Part shown: positions 9,954-21,038 of the stretch, piece by piece
How the letters are laid out: each line of letters opens with the position of its first letter
Numbering within the stretch: position 1 is the stretch's first letter
Origin: a virus
Taxonomy: Duplodnaviria > Heunggongvirae > Uroviricota > Caudoviricetes
Direction: 5' to 3' (one strand)
IMG/VR virus record: IMGVR_UViG_649989924_000003
Length of the DNA: 64,000 bases
The notes under the pieces: model-generated
The model's database searches: none
Told to the model about the DNA's origin: nothing
Seen by the model: the letters and a program-made list of their open reading frames with translations, nothing else
Made by a program: the position numbers and the translations under genes

Positions 9954-10415
9954 ATGCATCATAAAAAAATAAATCTTATTATCTTCTCTTTTCTTGTTAT
10001 TTGTTTTTTTTGTACTGGATGTACAAGTCGGCAACTAAAAGGAATAGAAGGAAAATGGTTGTTAAATAATCAGTCTCTTATGCTTATTGAGGAAAATACA
10101 TTTGTTTGGTATCAAAACATTAATAAAACAGATACAGATTACTTAAAAGGAAAAGATGTAACCATTCTCTCTGGAGAAGAAGCACTTAATGCAATTAAGG
10201 TCCCTGATGCGAACAAAGATAAATTATTAAACACACACATTTATTATTTAAGTGTCACTTATACAACAGTGGACATAAACGGTGTAGATGCTAGCCAACA
10301 AGCTGATGGAAAACTGAGTGAATTTGCCTTCCAGTTAAGTGGAAAAGACCAATTATCTATTGTCAATTTAAATACAAATGAACAATACACTGCAAAAAGA
10401 GAGGTAAAAAAATGA
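9954..10415 (+). CDS. lipoprotein
   Basis: Signal peptide with lipobox FFCTGCTS. Confidence 0.55.
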   Translation: MHHKKINLIIFSFLVICFFCTGCTSRQLKGIEGKWLLNNQSLMLIEENTFVWYQNINKTDTDYLKGKDVTILSGEEALNAIKVPDANKDKLLNTHIYYLSVTYTTVDINGVDASQQADGKLSEFAFQLSGKDQLSIVNLNTNEQYTAKREVKK

Positions 10416-11197
10416 GAATTTTTATAACTGGTGATACCCATGGTGATTTTTCTTCTATACATACATTTTGTGAAAAGATGAACACAACAGTAAAAGATAT
10501 TTTAATCATTGTTGGAGATTCAGGAATTAATTATAATGTCAATTCCTTTCATAATTCTCAATACAGTTATGAAGATACACAAGAGAACTTATGTTTTAAA
10601 AATTATCTGTCATATTTACCAATAACTCTATTCTGTATTCAAGGAAATCACGAGGCTCCGGCTGAACTTGTAAAAGGATATCATCTAATACAGAATGTTC
10701 ATCCACTTTTTAAAGAGCAATCTGTATTTTTACAAGATAATTATCCAAATATTCTTTTTGCAAACGAAGGTGAAGTCTATAATTTTTTAGGAAAAAGCGT
10801 TGCAATACTTGGTGGAGCGTATAGTGTTGATAAAAATTATAGAATTGCAATGAATAGAAACTGGTTCCCTGAAGAACAACCAGTAATAACTGGTAAAGAT
10901 AAATTGTTTTTAAAAAATCTAGAAACTCATAACTGGAAAGTTGATATTGTTCTTTCACACACTTGTCCATTTCACTATATGCCAACTGAAATGTTTTTAA
11001 GTGGAATTCAACAGGACCTCGTAGATAATACAACAGAGGAATTCCTTGAACATGTAGAAAAGAAATTAAATTATAAACAGTGGTATTGTGGACATTTTCA
11101 CACAGATAAAACTGTAGATAAAATAAAGTTTCTCTTCCACAATATTATTACTTTTATAGAAGATAACGAGGTACCCAATGACAAGACACAATACTAA
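10412..11197 (+). CDS. calcineurin-like metallophosphoesterase
   Basis: IFITGDTHGD, VGDSG, GNHE motifs. Confidence 0.6.
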   Translation: MRIFITGDTHGDFSSIHTFCEKMNTTVKDILIIVGDSGINYNVNSFHNSQYSYEDTQENLCFKNYLSYLPITLFCIQGNHEAPAELVKGYHLIQNVHPLFKEQSVFLQDNYPNILFANEGEVYNFLGKSVAILGGAYSVDKNYRIAMNRNWFPEEQPVITGKDKLFLKNLETHNWKVDIVLSHTCPFHYMPTEMFLSGIQQDLVDNTTEEFLEHVEKKLNYKQWYCGHFHTDKTVDKIKFLFHNIITFIEDNEVPNDKTQY

Positions 11198-11675
11198 AAA
11201 AAGACGAATACTTGATATTATTCCTATTATTATTTCGATTCTTCTGGTTATTGGAATTAATTTCTGTTTTCAACTGGTTTTAGTGAATGGTGATTCAATG
11301 AATCCAACATATCAGAACAATGACTTTTTAATCTCTTCAAAAATCGCCTATAAAAACCATTCTCCTCAAAAAGGAGATATCGTGATTGTAGATGGCAAGT
11401 CTAAAGATTTAGATATAGACATCATTAAACGAGTTGTAGCAACCGCAGGTGATACTGTAGAAATTAAAAAAGGCCAACTCATTATTAATGATAAAAAAGT
11501 AAAGGAAGACTACATAGATGAAACAATGAATAAGGATATGCATAAAATGACTGTAAAGAAGAATACAGTGTTTATTATGGGAGACAACCGAAATCATAGT
11601 ATAGATTCTCGGGTTTTTGGAAGTATTCCTGTTCAGGATATCATGGGGAAAGTTATCTTTGATTTGAAATTTTAA
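11178..11675 (+). CDS. signal peptidase I (S26)
   Basis: N-terminal TM, VNGDSMNPT (Ser box), IIKRVVATAGD (Lys box), GDNRNHSIDSRVFG. Confidence 0.8.
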   Translation: MTRHNTKKRRILDIIPIIISILLVIGINFCFQLVLVNGDSMNPTYQNNDFLISSKIAYKNHSPQKGDIVIVDGKSKDLDIDIIKRVVATAGDTVEIKKGQLIINDKKVKEDYIDETMNKDMHKMTVKKNTVFIMGDNRNHSIDSRVFGSIPVQDIMGKVIFDLKF

Positions 11676-11733
11676 GAGGTATCAGAAGATACCTTTTATT
11701 TTATATCCACTGTTAACTTAGAGTTAATTTATA

Positions 11734-11762
11734 TTGACTAATACCTCTTCATATGATATAAT
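11734..11762 (+). promoter_or_regulatory. Consensus SigA-type promoter, copy 2 (TTGACTAAT...tgaTATAAT)
   Basis: TTGACT 11734-11739, 17-nt spacer, TG-n-TATAAT 11754-11762; precedes FtsH-like gene. Confidence 0.55.
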
Positions 11763-11798
11763 ATCACTGTAATATTTACATAAGTGGAGTGATATTTT

Positions 11799-13439
11799 AT
11801 GAAAAAGAAAAAAGAATCGATGAAAAAAAACTCAATTATCCCATTTCTCTATGGGCTCGTTTTCATTGCTATTTATATATATTTAAGATATACAGCAGTT
11901 ACTGATGGCGTTCTTATTGCTTTTCTTCTTGTAGGCTTAATTAGCTTAGCTATCATCACATATAATCAGCTCAGAACAAATGAAATGGCTCATAGAAATG
12001 AAATTCTTACAAATGAAGCTGTTCAGTTAACCCAAACAGCTATGCATTCTCACCCCAGCAATAGGAATGCATCTATGAAGTCAGATACTGAAAATTCTAC
12101 ACCTACTCTATTTAAAGTCTACTCACCAGACAATATGAAAACAAGGATGAGTGATGTGGCTGGATGTAGTGAGGTCAAAGAAGACCTTATGGAAGTTATT
12201 GATTTCCTTAAAAATCCTCAAAAATATAATGAAATGGGTGCACACATACCTCATGGAATTCTATTTATGGGGCCTCCTGGCACAGGAAAAACAATGCTTG
12301 CAAGAGCTGTTGCTGGTGAAGCTAATGTCAAGTATATTTATTGTTCTGGCTCAGAATTTGTAGAAAAGTTTTCTGGGGTTGGGGCTGCTCGTGTCCGCGA
12401 ATTATTTGAAGAAGCTAAAAAAGCACAGGGTCCTTGTATTATCTTTATTGATGAAATTGATGCTATTGGTGGAGCTCGTAATCTTTCTGGAAATGACGCA
12501 GAAAAAGACAAAACCTTAAATCAGTTACTAGTTGAAATGGATGGATTTGAGAAATCAAATGATATCATTGTGATTGCTGCAACAAATCGTAAGGATATGC
12601 TAGATGAAGCCCTACTGCGTCCTGGGCGTTTTGATAGACAGATTCTTGTCGGATTGCCCACAAAAGAGGAACGATTAGAAATCCTAAAAGTACATTCCAA
12701 AAACAAGAAGGTCTCTTTGGATTTGGATTTGGAAAGTATTTCAAGAAAGACTCCAGGATTTTCGGGAGCTCAGCTTGCTGCAGTCCTTAACGAGAGTGCT
12801 CTGTTCGCTGTAAGAGAAAATAAACCATTCATTACAAATGATTTCGTGGATGAAGCAATTGATAGGGTTCTTATGGGTCCATCAAAAAAGAACAGAAAAT
12901 ATATTGATATAGAAAGAAACATCGTTGCTTATCATGAAGCTGGTCATGCTGTTGTAGGATTGACTTTGGAAAATGCCATGCAGGTTGAAAAAATCACAAT
13001 CATCCCTCGAGGTGATGCTGGTGGGTATAACTTGTTTTCTGAAAAAGAAGAGCGTTTTCTTAATACAAAAAACAGTATTCTTGCTGAAATTACTGGACTT
13101 CTTGCAGGACGAGCTGCTGAAGATTTAATGTTTAATGACATTACAAATGGAGCAACAAGTGATTTGAAACAAGCAACAAACCTAGCTAGGCGATATATCT
13201 GCCAATATGGGATGAGTCAATTGGGTCTTGTGCAAATGGACGATGTTCGAAATCTTTCACCTCGAACATCTGAAAAGGTTGATATTGAAATCAAATCAAT
13301 TCTTGATGAATGCTATTTAAAGAGTAAAGATTTATTAACTATGCATAAAAACCTTTTAGATGCCATTGCCTTGGAACTTTTGGATAAAGAAACAATTGAT
13401 TCAACTCAAATTCAGAAATTGGCATGCCAGTATTGCTAG
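11799..13439 (+). CDS. ftsH: FtsH-like membrane AAA+ Zn-metalloprotease
   Basis: N-terminal TM helices, Walker A GPPGTGKT, Walker [10 protein letters not shown]41 zinc site HEAGHAV. Confidence 0.85.
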   Translation: MKKKKESMKKNSIIPFLYGLVFIAIYIYLRYTAVTDGVLIAFLLVGLISLAIITYNQLRTNEMAHRNEILTNEAVQLTQTAMHSHPSNRNASMKSDTENSTPTLFKVYSPDNMKTRMSDVAGCSEVKEDLMEVIDFLKNPQKYNEMGAHIPHGILFMGPPGTGKTMLARAVAGEANVKYIYCSGSEFVEKFSGVGAARVRELFEEAKKAQGPCIIFIDEIDAIGGARNLSGNDAEKDKTLNQLLVEMDGFEKSNDIIVIAATNRKDMLDEALLRPGRFDRQILVGLPTKEERLEILKVHSKNKKVSLDLDLESISRKTPGFSGAQLAAVLNESALFAVRENKPFITNDFVDEAIDRVLMGPSKKNRKYIDIERNIVAYHEAGHAVVGLTLENAMQVEKITIIPRGDAGGYNLFSEKEERFLNTKNSILAEITGLLAGRAAEDLMFNDITNGATSDLKQATNLARRYICQYGMSQLGLVQMDDVRNLSPRTSEKVDIEIKSILDECYLKSKDLLTMHKNLLDAIALELLDKETIDSTQIQKLACQYC

Positions 13440-13458
13440 AAACCTAATGTGACTTAGT

Positions 13459-13492
13459 GAAGCCTCTACAAACTATGTTTTGGCTTCTTTTT
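13459..13492 (+). terminator. Intrinsic terminator downstream of ftsH-like gene
   Basis: GAAGCC...GGCTTC hairpin followed by TTTTT. Confidence 0.45.
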
Positions 13493-13811
13493 CATAAATA
13501 TTTGCATTCTTCAACAAACTTTAGATTATAGAATAGAAATATAGAAAAATTTCCTAGTGATTTTATGTATGAGTTATCACTTGAAGAAATAGATTAAATA
13601 AAAATTATCAAGGTCACAAATTGTGACTTCACCAAATCACTTTCCACAAGACAAAATTCCTTTTTTATCAATAGCATAATATAATTTCTACTCTATGATA
13701 TAATATATATATATTTTCTAATCGAGGTATATTTCTATGAAAATAGAATAAAAACATAAACAAGGTTATAGTGGTTTGCTATAGCCTCTTATTATAATTG
13801 GAGGTGGTTCA

Positions 13812-14279
13812 ATGCCCTATTTAGATATCGCTTTTACATTTGTTCTCTTAAGTATCTGTGCCTACACTGATACAAAGTTCAGAAAAATATATAACTGGAT
13901 GACTCTTCCCTTCATAGCTATTGGTATTCTTAATACACTCCTGCTCTATGGACCTAAAGAGGGATTCATGAATTGTCTTTGGCTAATTCCTGCCCTTATT
14001 CTTTGTATTATCCTCTTTAAACTGCATCAGATTGGTGGAGGTGATGCAAAGCTTATTTTAAGTGTTGGGGCTCTTATGGGTCTGGAATACACTCTTATTA
14101 TCCTTCTTATTTCCTTTATATTAGGCTGGTTCTATTCAATATATCAGCTTCTTAAAAAAAGAAATAATAAAAAAGGAGTCTTAAAGGGACATCAGAAGAT
14201 TATGATTCCTCTTGGAAGTATTATGCTGGTGGCTTTTGGGATTGTTGGGGGATTACAGGTATATTTGTTGTATTTATAA
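13812..14279 (+). CDS. A24-family prepilin peptidase (TadV/CpaA-like short form)
   Basis: Polytopic; GGGDAKL motif and N-terminal Asp region. Confidence 0.6.
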   Translation: MPYLDIAFTFVLLSICAYTDTKFRKIYNWMTLPFIAIGILNTLLLYGPKEGFMNCLWLIPALILCIILFKLHQIGGGDAKLILSVGALMGLEYTLIILLISFILGWFYSIYQLLKKRNNKKGVLKGHQKIMIPLGSIMLVAFGIVGGLQVYLLYL

Positions 14280-14469
14280 AACCTAAAGAAGAAGTTTTTT
14301 ACTTCTTCCTTTGTATACTTTTCTTATTTCAAATAACACAAACACAAAAAATTTTATCACCTCCGTATAGAAACAATTCATTTATTTAGAATCTGAATGA
14401 TTTCTATACGGTTTTATTTTCATTTTTTTGACTATATGATTCAACTATTGCATGAGTTTACACCTAATT

Positions 14470-14726
14470 CGCGACAAAATAAAACTACACAGAAGCCTCC
14501 TTTATTCCCTATTTTTTTATAATCTAGATAGACTATAAAATAAAGGAGAAAACAAGTATTACTCTGCGTAGAGGTGAATTTGCCTTTGGCTTGCAGGATA
14601 AAACCTGCCCTAAAAAAAATGCTTGCCAAGTATCCTATTCATCGTTTTTGTAGATGGGACTATTAACGTTGTCTCAGAATTTTGGAGACATGAGCCATAA
14701 AAAGCAAGGGAGCAAAGGCTCCCTTT
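14470..14726 (+). repeat. Structured direct repeat A1 (copy 1 of 2) ending in a bidirectional intrinsic terminator; embedded 15-codon peptide frame MLAKYPIHRFCRWDY
   Basis: Shares >90% identical blocks with 26995-27262: 9-bp stem CTAC(A/G)CAGA/TCTGCGTAG, GCAGGATAAAACCTGC hairpin, and the terminal GGGAGC-AAAG-GCTCCC hairpin followed by TTTTT. Confidence 0.6.
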
Positions 14727-14853
14727 TTCCTTGGCTTAATTATATTATATAATGTTTTTGTTTTTTATTTATTTTTGATTGTGATTTGAAATTATCTATC
14801 TTGTAGCTTAAACTCAAGATAATAAAAAAGAGAACCCTCTCAGATTCCCTCAA

Positions 14854-15696
14854 TTAACATTTTACAAACTCGTTAAATACTTTTATCCCCTCTTCATTTC
14901 CTAGATGATTTTTCAAACAGTCAAGCAGGTCCATTTTACTTTGATAAGCTTCAACTACATAATCACTAATAGATAATTTTTCCGCCTTTTCTTTTAACTT
15001 CCGACTTGGATACAGTCTTTTATTATTTGAATAATTTTCGAAACATTTTAGTGCCTTTTTATATTCCTTCAACTTATTTATTTGTTTTCCGTTTATTAAA
15101 AATTGAAATTCTCTATTAAATATATCCCATTTCAAATTCAATATATCATTACGAATCTCTTCATGTCTAAGTAATATTAACTTATCATAGTTAAGCTGAC
15201 CTAGTAATTGGCATAGCTCATTCTCATTTCTTATATACACTAGCATGTCCAAATCTATAAATTTTTCCAATCTCTTTATTAAGAGTGGTTCTTTTTGATA
15301 ATCAGTAAGTATTTGACTAATAGATACATTAGGTATGCAGTCAATGTTGATGCTATAATCACCTTTTAATATGTTTATGGCATCACCATATCCTTTATCT
15401 TTCGATACAATATAATACTCTTTGTTTTCTTTATATTTTAAAACCATCTTTGTTAGCTCAACAACAATACAAAAATCTAGTGAGTTCTTCTTTTGTTTAC
15501 TGGCTGTATGTGTATAAAGCCCTATATTTCTATGATTCATCAATGTATTCACACTATTAAAATCTATTTTTGCATTATTATTGCAAAAATAATAATAGTA
15601 CGCATTTTTATCAATTGGAAAAGGCAATTCAAAACCTACATTTTCACAATCAATAAAATAAACTTTCTTATATTTCTTGAATTTATTATTAAACAT
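14854..15696 (-). CDS. NYN/PIN-like nuclease domain protein (tentative)
   Basis: N-terminal VYFIDCENVG resembles the NYN motif vFIDgeNv; rest unassigned. Confidence 0.35.
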   Translation of the reverse strand: MFNNKFKKYKKVYFIDCENVGFELPFPIDKNAYYYYFCNNNAKIDFNSVNTLMNHRNIGLYTHTASKQKKNSLDFCIVVELTKMVLKYKENKEYYIVSKDKGYGDAINILKGDYSINIDCIPNVSISQILTDYQKEPLLIKRLEKFIDLDMLVYIRNENELCQLLGQLNYDKLILLRHEEIRNDILNLKWDIFNREFQFLINGKQINKLKEYKKALKCFENYSNNKRLYPSRKLKEKAEKLSISDYVVEAYQSKMDLLDCLKNHLGNEEGIKVFNEFVKC

Positions 15697-15767
15697 TTAC
15701 ACCCTTCTTTCCATTTAAATTGCCAATTTTGGGGGCATTTCACTGCTCGTCCACACCTTTACAATGA

Positions 15768-16340
15768 TTACTTTTTATGCTCTATCCCATTTAAATTCTC
15801 TAGCTTTTTTTTCATTAGCAAAGCTGTATTATATGCATCATAAGAAGCATGATGTTCAGTCCCCTTAAACTCTCCAAATTCCTTTTCAACAATCTGCATA
15901 AGTGATGGCAACTGCTGAAAGTTTTCCTGTTCCATGATATAGGATTGAAGGTCAATAAACGTCATCTCATTAAACTCCTTCTCGAATCCATTATCCTTAC
16001 AGTTCACTCTTAAAACTGCTGAATCTCTAGGCCCCCATGATACATATAAAGTCTCTAAATTATCCTTATGAATCCATTTCAGGAATTCTTTAAAAACTTC
16101 ACTAAAATTTATTGATGATAGTATTTCATCTCTTGAAACTCCTGTTAAGGACAAGATAGAATTGGAAGGAATGTTATGAGGTTTAATGATTCTTCTGAAT
16201 TTATCTCCTTCAATAATTCTTTCTCCATATCTTGTTGTATATATTTTCTTAGCTGCTAATTCAAATATTTCTGTCTTATTCCTTTCTTTTGAAAATTCTA
16301 AATCAATAACGATATATTGCCCAGCATAATCATAATTCAT
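15768..16340 (-). CDS. DEDDh 3'-5' exonuclease (DnaQ-like)
   Basis: Exo I YIVIDLEFS (D-x-E), Exo III HHASYDAYNT. Confidence 0.65.
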   Translation of the reverse strand: MNYDYAGQYIVIDLEFSKERNKTEIFELAAKKIYTTRYGERIIEGDKFRRIIKPHNIPSNSILSLTGVSRDEILSSINFSEVFKEFLKWIHKDNLETLYVSWGPRDSAVLRVNCKDNGFEKEFNEMTFIDLQSYIMEQENFQQLPSLMQIVEKEFGEFKGTEHHASYDAYNTALLMKKKLENLNGIEHKK

Positions 16341-16488
16341 TAATGGTTTTCTCTCCTTTCATTCTCCAAATAAAAAGAATCTACAATTGCTATGTAGATT
16401 CTTTTGTTTCGTATATATTACCCTTATATTTTACCACATATCAAAGGATATGTACTATGTTCATTTGAATATCAATCAATTTATAATT

Positions 16489-18669
16489 TTAGCATTTTTT
16501 AAACACCTTAAACATTTCATTTGGCAGATTCTGCGGATTCTTAACACATACAGAATTTTCATAAATTTGTCTAATTGAATCAAAATCAAAATTACCTAAA
16601 CCAATGCCAACTGAATGGACTTGATAATGTTTTTTAAAAGTATTCATGATTTTCTGCATATCCTCTATTGCAGAAGCTCCACTATATTGTGCTGCTGCAG
16701 GTTCGCCATCTGAAAGTATAAAGAAATAAAGGTCTTCATCAGGTTGAGATGATTTTACCAACTCCCTTAAAGAATGAAATATAGCCAACCCATCTCGGTT
16801 ATTGTCATGAGCCTTAATATGAAAGAGATTATCGAGGGCCTGAAGTTTTCGACAGTTTTGGAAAGATATATATTTTCTTATTCTAAATACTTCTGAAGAA
16901 AAATCTTCATCATGTCCATATACAGCAAATGGGATTTTCAGCTTTTGAGCAGCCTTTGCTACCATCCAGCAGCCAACGATTGCATTTTCTATTTTAGAAC
17001 CTCTCATACTTCCTGATTCATCTACTAAAATGATAAATCGGACTTTTTTCTTCTCTCCAGACGTTTCCTTCTTAAAAACCTGCAAATCAGTTTTTATTCT
17101 ATAAAGTCCACTCATATCTATGCTTCCTTCAAATCTGCCTTTTGATATATCATCCTGACTTCTGTGCATAAGTATCTTTTTCATTTTTTTAGATAATTCA
17201 TTCACAGATGATGATAATTCATCTTTCTTTATCATTTTTAATGCTTCTTTTCCCTCTGATGTATATTCTTCTTTCATAGAAAGAGAATCCTCCAAATCAA
17301 TCATAGATACAGAAACGCTATGATGACACGCTGTCTCGCCTGCTCTTTCATCTTCATCAGATGTAATAGAGGCTTTCTCTGCTCTATCTTCAGTCTTCTC
17401 GAAAGTTTTTGATGCTCCATCTAAAGCTTCACTCATTGAATTGATGGCTTCATCTTCTAATTCCTTTGCTGTTGGTTTTGTTCTTTCTGGAGCAGCTGAT
17501 TCATCTGACTTTGAATCAGCTTCATCTTTCAGACTCTCTTTACCAAGTTCTTTTGCAGATTCTTCCATTTCCTTTTTTAAATCCTCAGGCAATCCTAAAT
17601 CATATTTGCTTGGAGCAGAAGATTTCATTTTAGCACCACCTCTCGCAGTGCCTCCTCCGCCCATGCTTTTCACTACTTCTGAATCAACTGAACCTGTACT
17701 TTTACTATGACTTTCTGCCTCTTTTGCCATTTTTTCCATCATCTCTTTGGCATGGTCAATATTATAAAGGTACTCATTTGTAAGATTATCTGCTATTTTG
17801 TCAAGTAGTGGCTGACAAAGATTCAGTAATGCTTTGGCAGTTGCTGCTCTTTCATAGGTTGTTGGTGCTTCAAATCTTGCATATAAAGCAAGATTCTTAA
17901 TCTTTTCAATATCATCATCTTCAAACAATGCATTCAATACCTGTATATCAATATGTTTTCGATATCCAACATGTCCAAAAGCCTGTGCTTCAAAAAGCAC
18001 AGCTCTTAGAGTATTGTCATCCCAATTATCCATGTCAAGGCATACATAACCTGATTCAATGGCCTGTCTGAAAAGTTCTTTCTGCTTATCATGTCCTATA
18101 TCCCTTAAAAATGTTAGGCATCCATTTTCTTCCCTTCCTTTTTCACACATACATCTATCTACAGATAAGTCTTCATATATGTTATTGACCTCTGGCATAT
18201 TAACTTTAAAAACAAAGTCTCCTACCTTTTCTCTGACAAGAGGAATTAAATCTGCCTTATCTTCTTCCTTGGCAGAATGATAATCATTTGCTGCTTTTTC
18301 TACTTCTTTTTTAGCATCACAAAAGTCTTGGTGAAGCTGACCTATTATATTAAAGTCTGAATAAAGCAAATGCCCAGACTCATGGTAGATGAGGGCTTTT
18401 GCAATGATATGATAATGAGATGTATCAAAGGCTTTATCTTCATAAGTCCACAAATCTATATTCATAATAGGATTGCCATCTTTATCAAAACTTGTAAAAC
18501 TGCTCCCAACCTTATCCATATAAAAGTTTAAGTTCATTCTTTTGGAAACTATCTGAGCCAAACTCTTGAAAGAAGCTTTGTACCCCTTGCTGGAAAGTAA
18601 TTCTATCCCTGTTAAAATTCTTTTTTTACTTTTCTTTCCCAATAGTGATTTCTTTGTTGGTTTCTTCAT
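16489..18669 (-). CDS. von Willebrand factor A domain protein (NorD/CbbO-like partner of the AAA+ ATPase)
   Basis: C-terminal MIDAS motif ILVDESGSM; long acidic low-complexity middle. Confidence 0.7.
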   Translation of the reverse strand: MKKPTKKSLLGKKSKKRILTGIELLSSKGYKASFKSLAQIVSKRMNLNFYMDKVGSSFTSFDKDGNPIMNIDLWTYEDKAFDTSHYHIIAKALIYHESGHLLYSDFNIIGQLHQDFCDAKKEVEKAANDYHSAKEEDKADLIPLVREKVGDFVFKVNMPEVNNIYEDLSVDRCMCEKGREENGCLTFLRDIGHDKQKELFRQAIESGYVCLDMDNWDDNTLRAVLFEAQAFGHVGYRKHIDIQVLNALFEDDDIEKIKNLALYARFEAPTTYERAATAKALLNLCQPLLDKIADNLTNEYLYNIDHAKEMMEKMAKEAESHSKSTGSVDSEVVKSMGGGGTARGGAKMKSSAPSKYDLGLPEDLKKEMEESAKELGKESLKDEADSKSDESAAPERTKPTAKELEDEAINSMSEALDGASKTFEKTEDRAEKASITSDEDERAGETACHHSVSVSMIDLEDSLSMKEEYTSEGKEALKMIKKDELSSSVNELSKKMKKILMHRSQDDISKGRFEGSIDMSGLYRIKTDLQVFKKETSGEKKKVRFIILVDESGSMRGSKIENAIVGCWMVAKAAQKLKIPFAVYGHDEDFSSEVFRIRKYISFQNCRKLQALDNLFHIKAHDNNRDGLAIFHSLRELVKSSQPDEDLYFFILSDGEPAAAQYSGASAIEDMQKIMNTFKKHYQVHSVGIGLGNFDFDSIRQIYENSVCVKNPQNLPNEMFKVFKKC

Positions 18670-18708
18670 AATTTCTCCTTTATATTGAAAGGGATGAAAA
18701 AATCATCC

Positions 18709-20505
18709 CTAAACTAATTCTATTGTTTCAAATTCATATTCTTTTCTTGGCATTTTAGGTTTAACGCCTGCAAATGTATTCATAATCTCATTATAAGCAT
18801 AATCAATCACAGGGTCTCCTGTTGCAGTAAAGTCTTCTGGTTTATTTGACCCCTTTACTCTATCAACTTCTTTTGATAGAGGGGCAAGTACTGTTGTAAA
18901 AGCGGCCCTTACTGGATTGTCAATATCCTTAATCTTTTTAGCCCAAGATAGACAATTACGTAAGTCAATATTTTGTGTTGTTTCATCTCCATCATCTCTA
19001 ATTTGTGTCTTGATGTTATTCTTGCATTTAATAATCTTAGAAGCTAAATCTCTATCAATACCCGTAGAGTTAACTATGATATTTGTTTCTGTCATCTCAT
19101 CATACCCTGATAAATTATGCCACTCATCAACACGTGAAATATGAGACAAATTATCTTCTTTTGTTCCTTCATATCCTATATTCATAGCTTCACAATATCT
19201 AAAATTATCATGAGCGATGATTGTTTCTCCAGTTTGAGGAATTGTATACATTCTTGTATCATCAAGCACATTATTTGTTGCTGAAACAACTCCTGCATTC
19301 ACCATGTTTCTTTCATCAAAGAAAAAGATTCCACCATATCTCATAATTCTTGTCAATGGACCTTCACAAAATTCTGTTGTACCATCCTTAATTGTCATAT
19401 ATCCATATAAGTGAGATGTTTCTGTATCACTATTTCCTGTCAGAATCATGAAAGGCAATTTTAACGCCCCTGCCATCATTTTAACGAATGTTGTTTTCCC
19501 TGATGCAGATGGACCATAGAATCCCATTTTCCAGATATTTCCGTTTTTAAAGCTTTGAATTGATTCCCATAACTCATCTGTTATTGACTCCTTATTTTTT
19601 TCAAATAAGTCCATAGCAATTTGACGAGTTCTTTGTAAATCAAGTGGTAATTTCTTTGCTTCTGCATCAGACATTAATGAATAGTCTCTTTCAGAATATG
19701 GTACAAATACAGTTGCTGCTTTAGCCTCTTTTCCTTTTTTACTCTTTCTTTTAATAGTTGGAGCATGAATTTCCTTAACTACTTCATCCCCAATATCAAG
19801 AGATAAATCATATACATTATTGTGCATTGCAACTAAAGGAAGAATATTATATTGGATATAAGGGGCATATTCTTCATCAATGAGTTCATCATTGTCAATC
19901 TCCTTGAAATTAAATCCATCAAATGTTTTAGCAGTAAAATATAGCGAATCACATAAAGGCAAAAATTTCTCTGCTTCTGATGATTCGACTAAAGTTCCTG
20001 CGGTTATAGAATCATATTTTTCCTTAGGAAGATTTTTAAATTCACACAAATATGAGAAAACTTCTCTTGCTTCATCACTTGCTTTATTCCCCTTTTTCAC
20101 AAACTCTAATAAATCATATCCCAAAATCAATCTATAAAAGAGATGTGAATAGATATTTGTAGCATAAATCATTTTATCTGCTGGAATGACTACGAATGTT
20201 TCAATAGGATTTTTCGTACCCCCAGTGAATTTACATAAAAGAAATTCCTTTTTATCCTTTTTTCCCCACGCCATAATTGTGTTTTCATCAACAATTTGCG
20301 AATCAATTACTGCTTTAGCAATTTTACTTGATAGCCTTGATACGATTTTTCCACTCGATGGTGAAGGTGTTGTATTTTTAATTGAATAAAAATGCTCATC
20401 CTCCTTGTTTGCTGTAAATTGAGTGTTTGGAATTAAACTTCCTGCATCCGTTGAAGAAAATGCCATCCTAGATGCTTGATAAATCGTTTTTTTAATTGCT
20501 GCCAT
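18709..20505 (-). CDS. MoxR/NorQ-like AAA+ ATPase
   Basis: Walker A GPSASGKTT, Walker B IFFFDE; directly upstream of the vWA gene. Confidence 0.65.
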   Translation of the reverse strand: MAAIKKTIYQASRMAFSSTDAGSLIPNTQFTANKEDEHFYSIKNTTPSPSSGKIVSRLSSKIAKAVIDSQIVDENTIMAWGKKDKKEFLLCKFTGGTKNPIETFVVIPADKMIYATNIYSHLFYRLILGYDLLEFVKKGNKASDEAREVFSYLCEFKNLPKEKYDSITAGTLVESSEAEKFLPLCDSLYFTAKTFDGFNFKEIDNDELIDEEYAPYIQYNILPLVAMHNNVYDLSLDIGDEVVKEIHAPTIKRKSKKGKEAKAATVFVPYSERDYSLMSDAEAKKLPLDLQRTRQIAMDLFEKNKESITDELWESIQSFKNGNIWKMGFYGPSASGKTTFVKMMAGALKLPFMILTGNSDTETSHLYGYMTIKDGTTEFCEGPLTRIMRYGGIFFFDERNMVNAGVVSATNNVLDDTRMYTIPQTGETIIAHDNFRYCEAMNIGYEGTKEDNLSHISRVDEWHNLSGYDEMTETNIIVNSTGIDRDLASKIIKCKNNIKTQIRDDGDETTQNIDLRNCLSWAKKIKDIDNPVRAAFTTVLAPLSKEVDRVKGSNKPEDFTATGDPVIDYAYNEIMNTFAGVKPKMPRKEYEFETIELV

Positions 20506-20681
20506 AAATTTTCTCCTTTCTTTTCTGCTCTTTTTATCTGATATCTTTTTTCTCTCATACGTATTGTCTCCATGACTTTTGTCAAAAGAAAAAAGACTTT
20601 CTCTCTGTAGACACAGATAAAAAGTCGTTTAATAATACATATATATTTTATCATAAATCATTTGATTTGTGATAAGTCTTT

Positions 20682-21038
20682 TTATTCTATAGAGGATTTT
20701 GAATGCTTTTGAAACATCTTTTCAAACTCCTCTCTCTTCCGATGAAGATTTTCCTCGTCTAGCTGTTTCCATAACTCTTTTTCCTTTGAAATGCGTTCAT
20801 ATGCATCATTTAAAAAAAGTGCATCTGGAGACATTCCAAAATAGCGTGAGATAAGATAAGCATCATTATATGAGAGTTCATTTAACCCTCTTTCTAACGC
20901 ACTCACATATTGAGGTGTTTTTCCTATAACTTTTGCAACATCAGCCTGTGTAATATTTAACCTTTTTCGCGTTTTTCTATAATGATTTAATCTTCTGCAT
21001 TCCTGTAAATTCATAACTTCCCCTCCACTATCTAACAA
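20682..21038 (-). CDS. XRE-family HTH transcriptional regulator
   Basis: LNITQADVAKVIGKTPQYVSALERG helix-turn-helix. Confidence 0.7.
   Translation of the reverse strand: MLDSGGEVMNLQECRRLNHYRKTRKRLNITQADVAKVIGKTPQYVSALERGLNELSYNDAYLISRYFGMSPDALFLNDAYERISKEKELWKQLDEENLHRKREEFEKMFQKHSKSSIE

Noticed and set aside
12151-13141. Small ORFs inside the ftsH-like gene on both strands
   Set aside because: Embedded within a high-confidence 546-aa CDS; alternative-frame artefacts
14441-14629. 62-aa minus-strand ORF and 26975..27236 plus-strand ORFs across the repeat element
   Set aside because: Not conserved between the two copies because of indels; only the short Cys/His frame is preserved, so the long ORFs are treated as chance frames over a structured RNA-like repeat
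17441-20389. Plus-strand ORFs within the vWA and AAA+ genes
   Set aside because: Antisense to strongly supported long CDSs
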